Source: Nitrospirota bacterium (GTDB lineage: Bacteria > Nitrospirota > JACRHJ01). From it: a stretch of 64,000 nucleotides of DNA. The translations under genes were made by a program, and so were the position numbers. The DNA lies in the NCBI GenBank assembly GCA_963733375.1, contig CAVTDB010000003.1:256001-320000 (forward strand), read 5' to 3'. The notes below the pieces were generated by a model. It saw nothing but the letters and a program-made list of their open reading frames with translations, was not told where the DNA came from and did not search any database. Below, piece by piece: positions 45,738-56,747 of this stretch; position 1 is the stretch's first letter; each line of letters begins with the position of its first letter.

Positions 45738-46754
45738 TCAGATCAGGACTTCCCGCTTCAGCCTCAGGAACAGGTCCTCCGCCATCAACCTCCTGTTGAA
45801 CGTCCTCTCCAGCGCCCTGCCCGTCTGTCCCAGGAGCGAAATCGCCTCCTCCGACCTCCATCCGCCTATCCTCCCAACCCATATCCTTAACTCGGAAGTT
45901 AAGTCCCGGTTGATTGCGAGCGACTCTTTCGCGCCCGCGCTTAATATCATTATGTCTCTAAACCATGCGCTCCCGAACACCACGAGGTCTTCGAGAACGC
46001 CCTCATCGGCGGCCATCTTTTCCGCCGCTTTCAAAACCTGCGGGAGAGTTTTTTCCGGCAGCTTGTTCATGAATTTTATGACGTCCCGCCTTCGCTCCAG
46101 CAGGTCGGAGGGATCAACTCCCAGCGCCTCACCCGGCCTCCCGCCGGTCAGGCGCGCGACAATCAACGCGTCCTCATGCGGAAGCCCCTTCTTCTCCATC
46201 AAAAGGCGCGCCAGCGCCTCCTCGCTTAAGCAGGAGAACCCGACTGCCCGGCATCTGGATAATACCGTCGTGAGAAGGCTGTCCGGCCTCGAGGTCACCA
46301 GCACTATGTGGCTTTCAGCCGGCGGCTCCTCCAGTGTCTTCAGGAAGGCGCTCATCGCCTCCTCGTTCATCAGGTGCGCGCCGTCAACTATCAGCGCTTT
46401 CCTGCCGCCGCCGACGGACTTAAGCGATATAAACTCCTGCGCCGCCCGGACCTGCGCGATGACTATCGCCTGGCGCATCTTCCCCGTGTCCGGGTTCGGC
46501 TCCAGCCCCACCGCCATGATATTCGGGTGGCAGCCGGAATTTATATTCCGGCAGCTCTGGCAGACCCCGCACGAGTCGCCGTCAAGGGTGGGGTTCGAAC
46601 AGTTCAGGGCCTTCGCAAGCGCGAGCGCGACGAGCCTTTTGCCGACTCCTTCCTCTCCGTAAAAGAGGTACGCCGGCGGGAGCTGTCCGGTGGATAAGTT
46701 CCTCCGGATTACCTCCAACTGCCGCTCATGGCCTAAAATAGAAGAAAAGTTCAA
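45738..46754 (-). CDS. holB: DNA polymerase III delta' subunit
   Basis: AYLFYGEEGVGK, CGVCQSC, LKTLEEPP, VLSRC; follows tmk. Confidence 0.92.
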   Translation of the reverse strand: MNFSSILGHERQLEVIRRNLSTGQLPPAYLFYGEEGVGKRLVALALAKALNCSNPTLDGDSCGVCQSCRNINSGCHPNIMAVGLEPNPDTGKMRQAIVIAQVRAAQEFISLKSVGGGRKALIVDGAHLMNEEAMSAFLKTLEEPPAESHIVLVTSRPDSLLTTVLSRCRAVGFSCLSEEALARLLMEKKGLPHEDALIVARLTGGRPGEALGVDPSDLLERRRDVIKFMNKLPEKTLPQVLKAAEKMAADEGVLEDLVVFGSAWFRDIMILSAGAKESLAINRDLTSELRIWVGRIGGWRSEEAISLLGQTGRALERTFNRRLMAEDLFLRLKREVLI

Positions 46755-46767
46755 TTTATATTTACCC

Positions 46768-47415
46768 TTAAGAGGGGGACAGAAGGGGCGTTACTACTTT
46801 CCGTATCGCCGCCTGTATCTCTTCAACCGTGCCGGAAGCGTCGATAATTTTAAACCTGTCCGTCTCGCAGGAGGCGATGGTCAGATACCCCTGGCGCACC
46901 TTCTCATGGAACTCGTCCGGCTCTTCCTCGAACCGGCCTTCGTGCCCCTGCTCATTATCGCCGTTTCTCTTTCGAGCGCGTTTAAGGCCTTCCTCCACCG
47001 GCAGGTCGAGCAGAAGCGTCAGGTCCGGCGTCAGGCCGTGCGTCGCAGCCTCCGTCAGGTCGGCGATAGTATCCATGTCAACCCCTCTGCCGAAGCCCTG
47101 GTACGCGGCGGTGGCATCGACGAACCGGTCGCATATCACGACCGCGCCTCTCGTCAGCGCGGGTTCTATCACTTCGGCGACGTGCTGTGCGCGGTCGGCG
47201 AAGTAGAGCAGAAGCTCGGCGCTTCTGTCCATCCCGGCGCTTTTCGGGTCCAGCAGGATTTCCCGAATCCTTTTGCCGATGTCCGTCCCGCCCGGCTCGC
47301 GTGTGGAAACGACTTCGCGGCCCTTCCCCTTCAGGTACTCGCCCAGAAGCTTCGCCTGGGTGGTCTTCCCGCAGCCCTCAATGCCTTCTAATGTGATGAA
47401 AAAACCTTTGGACAA
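46768..47415 (-). CDS. tmk: Thymidylate kinase
   Basis: FITLEGIEGCGKTT, TREPGG, ADRAQH, DRF, AYQG. Confidence 0.95.
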   Translation of the reverse strand: MSKGFFITLEGIEGCGKTTQAKLLGEYLKGKGREVVSTREPGGTDIGKRIREILLDPKSAGMDRSAELLLYFADRAQHVAEVIEPALTRGAVVICDRFVDATAAYQGFGRGVDMDTIADLTEAATHGLTPDLTLLLDLPVEEGLKRARKRNGDNEQGHEGRFEEEPDEFHEKVRQGYLTIASCETDRFKIIDASGTVEEIQAAIRKVVTPLLSPS

Positions 47416-47427
47416 TTTATTGTTCGC

Positions 47428-47522
47428 GTGGAGCATTCTTTCCAAAAATTATTACTTCACAATAATGCGTGGACGGCAACGTCCATTTACGTTCAACGAT
47501 AATTTTTCTACAAGAAGTCCAC
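47428..47522. repeat. Family C element, copy 2
   Basis: GGAGCATTCTTTCCAAAAATTATTACTTCACAAT…TTTACGTTCAACGATAATTTTTCTACAAGAAGTCC, with central TGGACG-gcaa-CGTCCA hairpin. Confidence 0.8.
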
Positions 47523-47528
47523 CCTCAG

Positions 47529-50041
47529 TTATTTCCGTTCCTTGATTATCCGCTTGAATATCTCTACCGCCTCCATCGCGTCGCGGGAGAACGCCGCCGC
47601 GCCGATGGACTTCGCGTAGCTCTCCGTAACCACCGCGCCGCCAAGGACTACCGGTATATTCAGGCCGCGCCTGTCCCGTTCCTTTATCACCGCGCCCATC
47701 TGCGTCATGGTGGTGGTCATAAGCGCGGAGAGGCCTATAACGTCGGGCTTGTGTTTCTCCGCCTCGTTCAGGACGCTCTCTACAGGCACGTTCTTGCCCA
47801 GGTCGATTACTTCCAGGCCGTGGTTCTCAAGCAGCGTGGCCAGGATGTTCTTCCCGATGTCGTGCACGTCGCCGTAAACGGTAGCCAGCAGCACCTTCCC
47901 GGCATTGCGGGACTGCCCCTTCATCTCAACCTTAAGCCGTGCGAACGCCGCCTTCATCGTCTCCGCGGACTGCATCACCTGCGGGAGGAATATCTCGCCG
48001 GATTCGTATAGTTTGCCTACTTCTTCCAGAGCGGGGATAAGGCAGGTATTGCCGACTTCCATCGGCTCCATGCCCTTTGCGAGGACTTCCTCCACGAGTG
48101 ATACGATATTATCCTTGTCGCCTTCAATAACTGCTTTTTTAATTTTGTCCTCGAAAGTAAACCGATAACAGCTGTTCCCAAGATTGACAGTGCGGTAAAG
48201 CGGATGTTCGACAGCATATCTGACATAATTCCTTATATCCCTTTACGTAACTTCCCCGCGCCCTATCCCGGCCCGTCAGCACCGCGCCAGCCGCCATCGC
48301 GTCCCTTATGCAATGGTCGTAATGATTCACCATCGCCGCGTCCAGGCCATGCGAAGCGCCATCGCCAGATAGGTCGCATTGATCAGCGGCCTCTCCGGGA
48401 GCCCGAAGGAGACATTGCTGATGCCAAGCGAAGTGGTCAGTCCCAGCTTGTCCTTTATGAGCGAGATGGCTTTCAGGGTTTCAAGACAGCCTGGTCCTGC
48501 TCCGCGGATGCGGTCATAACGAGGCAGTCGATCACCAGGTCTTCCTTCGGAATCCCGTGGGCAACGCAGGCATCCAGAATCTTCTCCGCGATTCTCAGCC
48601 GTTCTTCGGCTGTCTGCGGGATGCCGGAGTCGTCAATCGTCAGCCCCACCACCGCCGCGCCGTATTTTTTAACCAACGGAAGTATTGATTCTAATCTTTC
48701 CTTGTCGCCGGTCACGGAGTTCACGAGGCATTTTCCGCCGATTTCCTTCAAGGCGGCTTCTATAGCCTTCGGGTCGGTGGAATCAATGACCAGCGGCAGG
48801 TCCGTCGCCCCTTCAGCCGCGCGCACGACACTCGCCATGAGCGCTTCCTCGTCCGCGCCGGGCAGGCCGACGTTAATATCAATCAGCGCCGCGCCGGATT
48901 GCGTCTGCTCCCTGGCCTCGCGCTTCACGATATTGAAAACTCCATTTGAAAGCTCTTCGGAGAGCGCCTTCCTGCCGGTCGGGTTTATCCGTTCGCCGAT
49001 TACCGCGGGCATGAAGCCCGTCCCGACGGATACGAGCCTCGTCCGGCTGGTCAGGCGGGTACCGGTAGGGCGCGACGCCTGTCGGCGCGCCGTCTGACCG
49101 CCTTTTTCCCTGACGGCGTCCGCTATGGCCTTAGTATGGGCGGGAGTGGAGCCGCAGCAGGAGCCGATCAATTTCACTCCGAGGCCTACGAATTTCCCGG
49201 CCCATTCGCCAAGCTCACCGGGTGACGCCGGGTATATGGTCTTGCCGTCCACAAGCTTCGGAAGCCCCGCGTTCGGCTGAAACAGCAGGTCCACCGTTGC
49301 GGCGGCGGCCATTATCTTTGCCGCCTCGTATATGCCTTCCGGCCCAAGTGAGCAGTTTGCGCCTACGAAGTCCGCCCCGGCCGCTTCCAGCACGGCAACC
49401 GCGACATCCGGCGGCGTCCCCAGAAGCGTCCGCAGGTCCTGCTGGAATGTCATAGTGATGGCGACCGGAAGCCGGTGACCGGCCTCGGACGATGCCGCCT
49501 TCGCCGCTATCACGGCGCACCTGGCCTCTTTCAAATCGGACATAGTCTCAATAAGCAGTAAGTCCGCCCCGGCCTCGGCCAGCGCCTTTGCCTGCTCGTG
49601 GAAATTGGCGTAGGCGTCGTCGAAGGACAGCTCGCCCACCGGCTCGAGGAACTTCCCCGTCGGCCCCATGTCGCCCGCGATGAATACCGGCGTGGCGCCG
49701 GGGCCTCGCTCCCTGCAATATGAATCAGCCGCCGTCCCTGGCCGCCTTACCGCCGCGCGGGATACTTCGGCTACCTTATCCCCAAGGCCGTACTCGGAAA
49801 GCTTTATCCGGCTCCCGCCGAAGGTGTTGGTGGTCAGGATATCCGCCCCGGCCATGGCGTACTGCAGATGGATTTTCGTAACGATATCCGGCCGTTCCAG
49901 GTTCATAGACTCCGGGCACGCCCCGGGCTTAAGCCCGGATTCCTGGAGCATGGTCCCCATCGCGCCGTCAAGGACTAAAATACGGCCTGAAGAGCCCCCT
50001 AACGCATTGATAAAACCTATTTTATCCAAACCCCCTCGCAA
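47529..50041 (-). CDS. metH: B12-dependent methionine synthase (Hcy, pterin and B12 domains; no reactivation domain), frameshifted
   Basis: LDGAMGT, GANCS, GSCCG, IGERIN, GDVHDIGKN and LSALMTTT. Confidence 0.88.
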
Positions 50042-50199
50042 ACTGAAAAAACCAAAGGATGATAAGTATTTGAAGTGGGAATGATACTATAAAAAAGGGT
50101 GCGTTGCAATAAGAAAAGACTTGAGATTAAAAGTGAAAAGGCTTATTATGAAAGGCGGAATCTCGATTTTTATAAGCAGTGCAGGAGTAATTACTAAAG

Positions 50200-50949
50200 A
50201 TGGCTGACGACTATAAAAGTTCCATAAAGAAGAAGATGCTCGCGGGGCTCTTCGTGACCTTCCCGCTGGTGCTAAGCGTACTCGCCGTGGTCTGGCTGTT
50301 CAAGATTTTAGACGGCATACTCGGAGGAGAGATTTACAAACTGCTGGGGCGCGAGTACCCCGGGCTTGGGCTTATCCTTTCGCTCCTGGTCATCTATACC
50401 TTCGGTACCTTAGCCACTACCGTCCTTGGAAAAAAAATACTGGACAGGTTCGAGCGTTTCATGCTCCGCCTGCCGGTTTTCAAAAGCTTCTACAGCACAT
50501 TCAAGCAGTTAGGCGATGCGTTTTCGCCGGAGAACCGCTCCGCGTTCAAGAAGTTCGTCATCGTGCAATATCCGCGCGAGGGGGTGCACTCGTTCGGCTT
50601 CCTCACGAAAGAGTGCAGCATCCAGAACAGCGACGGGGAAAAGGAATGCCACTATACGGTCTATATCCCCACTAACAACCTCTACTTAGGGGACGTGAGG
50701 CTATTTAAAAAGGATCAGGTAATCCTGACGGACATCAGCATCGAAGAGGGGATAAAGATCCTGCTTTCGGCGGGGATAGCCGCGCCGAGCCTAATTATCA
50801 GGGAAGATATGACTCATATAACCCATATTATAAAAGCGCCCTACCGCATACGCCGCGCCCGCCACCCCCTGAGGTATCCCGAAACGCTGCCTTCCGTTAC
50901 TCCCGCCGTCGGACCGGCCCCCGCCGTCCTTAAGGGGGAAGCCGAGTGA
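50200..50949 (+). CDS. DUF502 membrane protein
   Basis: Two TM helices, LP..KS.Y, V.YPR.G…GF.T, VYIPT. Confidence 0.8.
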   Translation: MADDYKSSIKKKMLAGLFVTFPLVLSVLAVVWLFKILDGILGGEIYKLLGREYPGLGLILSLLVIYTFGTLATTVLGKKILDRFERFMLRLPVFKSFYSTFKQLGDAFSPENRSAFKKFVIVQYPREGVHSFGFLTKECSIQNSDGEKECHYTVYIPTNNLYLGDVRLFKKDQVILTDISIEEGIKILLSAGIAAPSLIIREDMTHITHIIKAPYRIRRARHPLRYPETLPSVTPAVGPAPAVLKGEAE

Positions 50950-52367
50950 AGGACCTCTACTGCGTAATCCTGGCCGCGGGGCTCGGGACGAGGATGAAGT
51001 CATCGCTTGCGAAGGTCCTGCACCCGGTGGCCGGCCGTCCCATGCTGATGTACACGCTGGACAACGTACTCGCGCTTAAGCCCGTAAAGACTGCGGTTGT
51101 GGTGGGACACCAGGCGGATAAGGTAAAGGCGCTTTTGCCGCCGGGTGTTGTCCCGGCCTTCCAGAAGGAGCAGAAGGGTACGGCTCACGCGGCCTCTGTC
51201 GGCCTTGGCAGGCTCGGCGCGGCCAGTGGGGCAAAGGGGGGGGCCAAAGGGGGGGCAGGGGACACGCTCCTTCTGGTGTCCGGCGACACCCCGCTCCTGG
51301 GCCACGAGACGCTGAAGGGACTGATCTCATACCATAAACGAAAAAAGGCGGATATAACCGTCCTCACCGCGTACCTCGACGACCCCACGGGCTACGGCAG
51401 GATAGTGCGGGAAGACGGGATAGTAAAAAGGATCGTCGAGCAGAAGGACGCGACACCTTCCGAGCGGGAGATATGCGAGATAAACTCCGGCACGTACTGC
51501 TTCGATATCGCGAGCCTTAAAAAAGCGCTCAGTGAAGTGCGTTCCGAAAACGCCCAGGGGGAGTTCTACCTGACCGACGTGATAGAGATAGTGCAAAAAA
51601 ACGGCGGCAAGGTGGCGGGGCTCCCGGTGGACGACCCGATGGTCGCCATGGGGGTGAACTCGCGGACGGAACTGGCCATGGCCGAGAGGGAAATAAGGAA
51701 ACAAATAAACCAGCGCCTCATGGCCTCCGGCGTAACGATGACAGACCCGGAAAGCACTTACATTTCCGCCGAGGTAAAAATAGGACCGGACACCATAATC
51801 CATCCCGGCAACCATATTACGGGCAATACTTCGATCGGCCCCGGGTGCATCCTGATGCCGGGGAATATCATCTCCGGGAGCGTAATCGGCGGGGGAGTCA
51901 AGGTCAAGGGCTATTCGGTCATCGAGGATTCAAGGATCGCCGAAAGGGCTGAAGTGGGTCCGTTCGCGCACCTCCGGCCAGGAAGCGTCGTCGGGGCCGA
52001 GGCGCGTGTGGGCAATTTCGTGGAGCTTAAAAAGGCGGAGATCGGACAGGGGACGAAGGCGTCGCACCTGACGTACCTGGGCGACGCGGTTATCGGCAGG
52101 AACGTCAACATAGGCGCCGGGACCATCACCTGCAACTACGACGGATTTTCCAAGTTCAAGACGGTCATAGGCGACGACGTGTTCGTGGGAAGCGACACCC
52201 AGTTCATCGCCCCGGTGAATATCGGCAACGGGGCGCTCATCGCGGCGGGCAGCACGATAACCAAAGACGTGCCGGACAACGCCCTGGCGCTTTCCCGCGC
52301 GCCGCAGATGAACCGGGAAAACTGGGCGAAAGAGAACAGAAGCAGAAAAATAAAAAAGAAAAGCTAA
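50946..52367 (+). CDS. glmU: Bifunctional UDP-GlcNAc pyrophosphorylase/acetyltransferase
   Basis: ILAAGLGTRMKS, GYGRIVR, GEFYLTD, hexapeptide repeats, TITCNYDG. Confidence 0.96.
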   Translation: MKDLYCVILAAGLGTRMKSSLAKVLHPVAGRPMLMYTLDNVLALKPVKTAVVVGHQADKVKALLPPGVVPAFQKEQKGTAHAASVGLGRLGAASGAKGGAKGGAGDTLLLVSGDTPLLGHETLKGLISYHKRKKADITVLTAYLDDPTGYGRIVREDGIVKRIVEQKDATPSEREICEINSGTYCFDIASLKKALSEVRSENAQGEFYLTDVIEIVQKNGGKVAGLPVDDPMVAMGVNSRTELAMAEREIRKQINQRLMASGVTMTDPESTYISAEVKIGPDTIIHPGNHITGNTSIGPGCILMPGNIISGSVIGGGVKVKGYSVIEDSRIAERAEVGPFAHLRPGSVVGAEARVGNFVELKKAEIGQGTKASHLTYLGDAVIGRNVNIGAGTITCNYDGFSKFKTVIGDDVFVGSDTQFIAPVNIGNGALIAAGSTITKDVPDNALALSRAPQMNRENWAKENRSRKIKKKS

Positions 52368-52368
52368 A

Positions 52369-52467
52369 CCCTTCTTTCTTTTCGGGTGAAAAGAAAGAAG
52401 CAAAGAAAAGCCGGACTTAAACACCGCTTTCTTTTGCTTCTTTTCTTTCCCGCGAAAGAAAAGAAGG
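52369..52467. repeat. Family A element, copy 5 (two left-type arms in inverted orientation)
   Basis: CTTCTTTCTTTTC-gggt-GAAAAGAAAGAAG-CAAAGAAAAG…CTTTCTTTTG-CTTCTTTTCTTTC-ccgc-GAAAGAAAAGAAG. Confidence 0.88.
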
Positions 52468-52480
52468 AGAATTGGAACTT

Positions 52481-54313
52481 ATGTGCGGAATTGTCGGATA
52501 CATAGGCGGGCAGAACGCGGTGCCCATACTGATTGACGGCCTCAAAAGGCTTGAGTACCGGGGATACGACTCCGCCGGCATCGCCTTCTTTCAGGACGGG
52601 AAGCTGGGCGTACGCAGGAGCGTCGGGAAGCTCAGGAACCTTGAGGCGGCTATACAAGGCGAGCTTTTATACTCGAACCTCGGCATCGGCCACACCCGCT
52701 GGGCGACCCATGGCAGGCCCTCTGAGGAGAACGCCCACCCGCACAGGTCCGGTAAGTTCGTCGTGGTGCATAACGGCATCATAGAAAACTACGTGCAGCT
52801 TAAAGAAAAGCTCGCGGAAAAGGGACATATCTTTACATCTGAGACGGATACCGAGGTGATAGCCCACCTTATCGATGAGCACGCCAGGAAAGGCGCTGAC
52901 TTGGTAAAGGCGACCCGGAAGGCGCTCTCCGAGCTTAAAGGGGCATACGCCATAGGCGTTGTGGCCGAGGACGAGCCGGATATCCTTGTCGCGGCGCGGG
53001 CGGGCTGTCCCCTGGTGATCGGCATGGGCAGGCAGGAATATTTCATAGCGTCGGACCTCCCGCCGATCCTGAACTATACGAAAGAAGCGATATTCTTAGA
53101 CGACTTCGAGATGGCGGTCCTCTCCCGCGAGGGCGTGCAGGTGACGGACCTTAAAGGCAGGCACAAAGAAAAAGAGATATCGAGGGTGCTCTGGAACCCG
53201 GTGATGGCGGAGAAGGGCGGGTACAAGCACTTCATGCTGAAGGAGATTTACGAGCAGCCAAGGGCGATTACGGACACCTTCCGCGGCAGGATATCACCGG
53301 AGACGGGGAGCGTTTACCTCGAGGAGATGGGAATTCCTGAGGCCCAGCTAAAGAAAATAAAGAAGGTGACCCTTGTGGCCTGCGGGACTTCATGGCATGC
53401 CTGCCTCATCGGCAAGACTATGCTGGAGGAGCTGGCCCGGATACCCTGCGAGGTGGATATCGCAAGCGAATTCCGCTACCGGCAGCCGATAATAGACAAG
53501 TCTACCCTGCTTATCGCGATTACCCAGTCCGGCGAGACAGCGGACACGCTGGCCGCGATGAGGGAAGCCGCCAAAAGGGGGGTCAAGAGTGTCGCGATAT
53601 GCAATGTCGTCGGCAGCACCGCGGCTAGGGAGGCCGACGGCGTAGTATATACCCATGCCGGGCCGGAAATCGGCGTGGCGTCCACAAAGGCCTTCACCGC
53701 CCAGCTGACCGCGCTCTTTCTGCTCGCGCTTCATTTCGGCAAGTCGCGCGGCAACTTGAGCGATGAGCAGATGAAGGTGTACCTGGACGAACTGGTGAAG
53801 ATACCCTCTAAGGCGGAGAAGCTCCTTTTAGATACGGAAGAGGGGATAAAAAAGCTGGCCAAGGAATTTTTCAGGAATACCGATTTCCTTTACCTCGGGC
53901 GCGGGTACAGCTATCCGGTGGCTTTGGAGGGCGCGCTAAAGCTGAAAGAAATTTCGTATATCCATGCGGAGGGCTATCCCGCTGGTGAGATGAAGCACGG
54001 GCCTATAGCGCTGATAGACGAGAAGATGCCCGTGGTGGTGCTGGCGCCGAAGGACCCGGTATACGAGAAGGTGTCTTCCAATATCGAGGAGGTGCGCTCG
54101 CGCGGCGGGCGGGTCATAGCATTCGTAACGGACGGCGACAGGTGCCTGAACACTAAGGCGGACTACCTGTTCTGCGTGCCGGAGACGCTTCCCTGCCTCT
54201 CTCCGATACTGATGACGATACCTCTCCAGCTGTTGGCGTACCATATCGCGGTGCTAAGGGGAAGCGACGTGGACCAGCCCAGAAATCTGGCTAAGAGCGT
54301 GACCGTGGAGTAA
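52481..54313 (+). CDS. glmS: Glutamine--fructose-6-phosphate aminotransferase
   Basis: MCGIVG, LEYRGYDSAG, GHTRWATHG, TQSGETAD and PRNLAKSVTVE. Confidence 0.97.
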   Translation: MCGIVGYIGGQNAVPILIDGLKRLEYRGYDSAGIAFFQDGKLGVRRSVGKLRNLEAAIQGELLYSNLGIGHTRWATHGRPSEENAHPHRSGKFVVVHNGIIENYVQLKEKLAEKGHIFTSETDTEVIAHLIDEHARKGADLVKATRKALSELKGAYAIGVVAEDEPDILVAARAGCPLVIGMGRQEYFIASDLPPILNYTKEAIFLDDFEMAVLSREGVQVTDLKGRHKEKEISRVLWNPVMAEKGGYKHFMLKEIYEQPRAITDTFRGRISPETGSVYLEEMGIPEAQLKKIKKVTLVACGTSWHACLIGKTMLEELARIPCEVDIASEFRYRQPIIDKSTLLIAITQSGETADTLAAMREAAKRGVKSVAICNVVGSTAAREADGVVYTHAGPEIGVASTKAFTAQLTALFLLALHFGKSRGNLSDEQMKVYLDELVKIPSKAEKLLLDTEEGIKKLAKEFFRNTDFLYLGRGYSYPVALEGALKLKEISYIHAEGYPAGEMKHGPIALIDEKMPVVVLAPKDPVYEKVSSNIEEVRSRGGRVIAFVTDGDRCLNTKADYLFCVPETLPCLSPILMTIPLQLLAYHIAVLRGSDVDQPRNLAKSVTVE

Positions 54314-54415
54314 ACCGTTACTTTTCTTTCAGGTGAAAGAAAAGTAACACAAAAGAAAGCCGGACAGTTTAAAAGTTTTTGGCGCTACCTTTTTACCAAA
54401 AAGGTGGCAAAGGTT
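54314..54415. repeat. Family A element, copy 6
   Basis: Same structure after the glmS TAA; right hairpin shows paired changes GCTACC/GGTGGC. Confidence 0.9.
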
Positions 54416-54450
54416 TTTTTTTATTGGCATTTGCAGGAAGGCGGCAGTAT

Positions 54451-56633
54451 ATGAAGGCTTTGGGCGACCTAAACAAAGAGCAGAGGGAAGCGGTAACCCA
54501 ATGTGAAGGCCCCCTGCTGATTTTAGCGGGCGCCGGAAGCGGCAAGACCAGGACCATTACCTACAGGATCGCATATCTGATTAAGAAACTCGGGGTGCAG
54601 CCTGGCGAGGTGTTCGCGGTCACTTTCACGAACAAGGCGGCCAGAGAGATGCTGGCGAGGGTGGAGGAGCTTCTTGGCCGCTCCGCCCGCGGAATGTGGG
54701 TATCCACGTTCCATTCCGCGTGCGCAAGGATACTCCGCGAGGACATTGGCCTTCTGGGCTACCCGAAAAACTTCACGATCGCGGACGCGGCGGATTCGCT
54801 GGCGCTGCTGAAATCCTGCATGAACGACCTGGGGATAAGCGACAGGCTTTTCTCCCCACGTCAGGTGGCGGCCAAAATAAGCTCGCTGAAGACCGCCATC
54901 GCCACCCCGGAGGATTTTGCCGGCGCGGCGCAGCAGTTTGGTTTCGAGTCCAAGGTGGCGAAGATTTACCCGCTCTACCAGGAACGCATGAAGAACTCCG
55001 GGGTACTGGATTTCGACGACCTCCTGATGCTGACCGTGCAGCTCCTCAAGGGGCACCGCAAGGTCCTGAACAAGTACCACGACACTTTCAGATATATCAT
55101 GGTGGACGAGTACCAGGACACCAATACCGCCCAATACAAGATGATAAAGCTCCTCGCCGGGAAGAACAGGAACCTCTGCGTGGTCGGGGACGACGACCAG
55201 TCGATATATGGCTGGCGCGGCGCGGACATCCGGAATATCCTGGATTTCGAGAAAGACTATCCCGACGCGAAGGTCATAAAGCTGGAGCAGAACTACCGCT
55301 CCACCCAGGGGATACTGGACGCGGCGTGGTCCCTGGTCTGCAATAACCCGGGACGGCGGCCAAAGAAACTGTGGACGGAACTTGGCCAGGGCGACAAGGC
55401 GGAGCACGTCCGGGTAATGGACGAGGAAGCGGAGGCGTCCAGTATCGCGAAAGAGATTTCCAAGCAGATAAAGGATGGCCGCTCGCTAAAGGATTTCGCC
55501 GTCCTGTACCGCACGAACACCCAGTCCCGCACCATAGAAGAGGCGTTCCGCAGGGAAGGGATACCTTACGTCGTCGTTGGCGGGATGAAGTTCTACGACC
55601 GCAAGGAGGTCAAGGACCTTATAACTTACCTGAAAGTGGTCTCCAACCCGAAAGACTCCGTCAGCCTGAAGCGGATTATAAACACCCCGCCTAGGGGCAT
55701 CGGCGAAGCGACCATGAAGAAGGCGATGGAGTCCGGCGCTTATCAGAGCCTGCCGCTTATCGATAACCTGCACCGGCTCGTTCAGGACGAGGGCATGGGC
55801 ACGGGCCCCAGGCGAAGGATAAGCGACTTCCTGACAATCCTCTCCGAACTGGCGGAGATGAAGGCGGAACACGGCCCGGCATATCTGCTTGATAAAATCC
55901 TGATCAAAACGAGATACCTGGAGCACCTGCGTGAGAGCCTGGGCGCCGAATCCCAGGGGAAGATCGACAACATAAAAGAGGTCCTGTCGTCCATCAAGCA
56001 GTTCGAGGAGGAATCGCAAGACCCCTCCCTGGAGGCTTATCTCTCTCAGGTCTCGCTCATCACGGACTGGGACAGCGCCAAGGCGTCAAGCGAGGCCGTA
56101 ACGCTTATGACCCTGCACCTTAGCAAGGGCCTCGAATTCCCGGTGGTTTTCATCGCCGGGATGGAGGAAGGGCTTATCCCGCACGCCCAGTCGAAGTGCG
56201 ACGAGCGGGAGATGGAAGAGGAGCGCAGGCTCCTTTACGTGGGGATGACGCGTGCGAAGAAAAAGCTCTACCTGTTTTCATCCGTGACCAGGCGGCTGGC
56301 CGGGTTGACCCAGTCGAACAGGCCATCCCGGTTCCTGGACGAGATACCGGCCGAACTGATCCAATGCCGCAAAATGGGCGCATCCGCGAGGAAAAACGTG
56401 GAAACCCATACGTTATTCGGCCCATACGTTCGCGGTAATGCCTTGCGCGACTGAAGAGAGGCATGCAGCCCAGCCCGTTCAAGAGCGGCTGTCAGGTGCG
56501 CCATCCCATGTGGGGATGCGGCGTAATCGAGAAGTCCGAAGGCAGGGGAGAATGTCAGAAATTGACGGTGCTTTTTGCAAGCGTCGGCAAGAAGAAGCTC
56601 CTTGCGAAGGCGGCAAACCTTAAATTAACATAA
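54451..56633 (+). CDS. pcrA: UvrD/PcrA DNA helicase (frameshifts near the C-terminus)
   Basis: AGAGSGKT, DEYQD, GDDDQSIYGWRGA, KGLEF, EERRLLYVGMTRA; VRHPMWG tail in another frame. Confidence 0.92.
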
Positions 56634-56664
56634 AGTGCGGAGGAGCCTCCGGCGCGTCGATAAA

Positions 56665-56708
56665 TGAAACTAAAAAATGCCCGCATTTGCGGGCATTTTT
56701 TAGTTTCA
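56665..56708. terminator. Bidirectional terminator between convergent genes
   Basis: TGAAACTAAAAAATGCCCGCA-tt-TGCGGGCATTTTTTAGTTTCA. Confidence 0.85.
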
Positions 56709-56747
56709 GCAAATTTCATTCCCTAAGAAAACGGGAACCCGGCGGCT

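Noticed and set aside
52368-52480. glmS ribozyme
   Set aside because: The intergenic region is fully occupied by a family A repeat, and no ribozyme core sequence was recognised.
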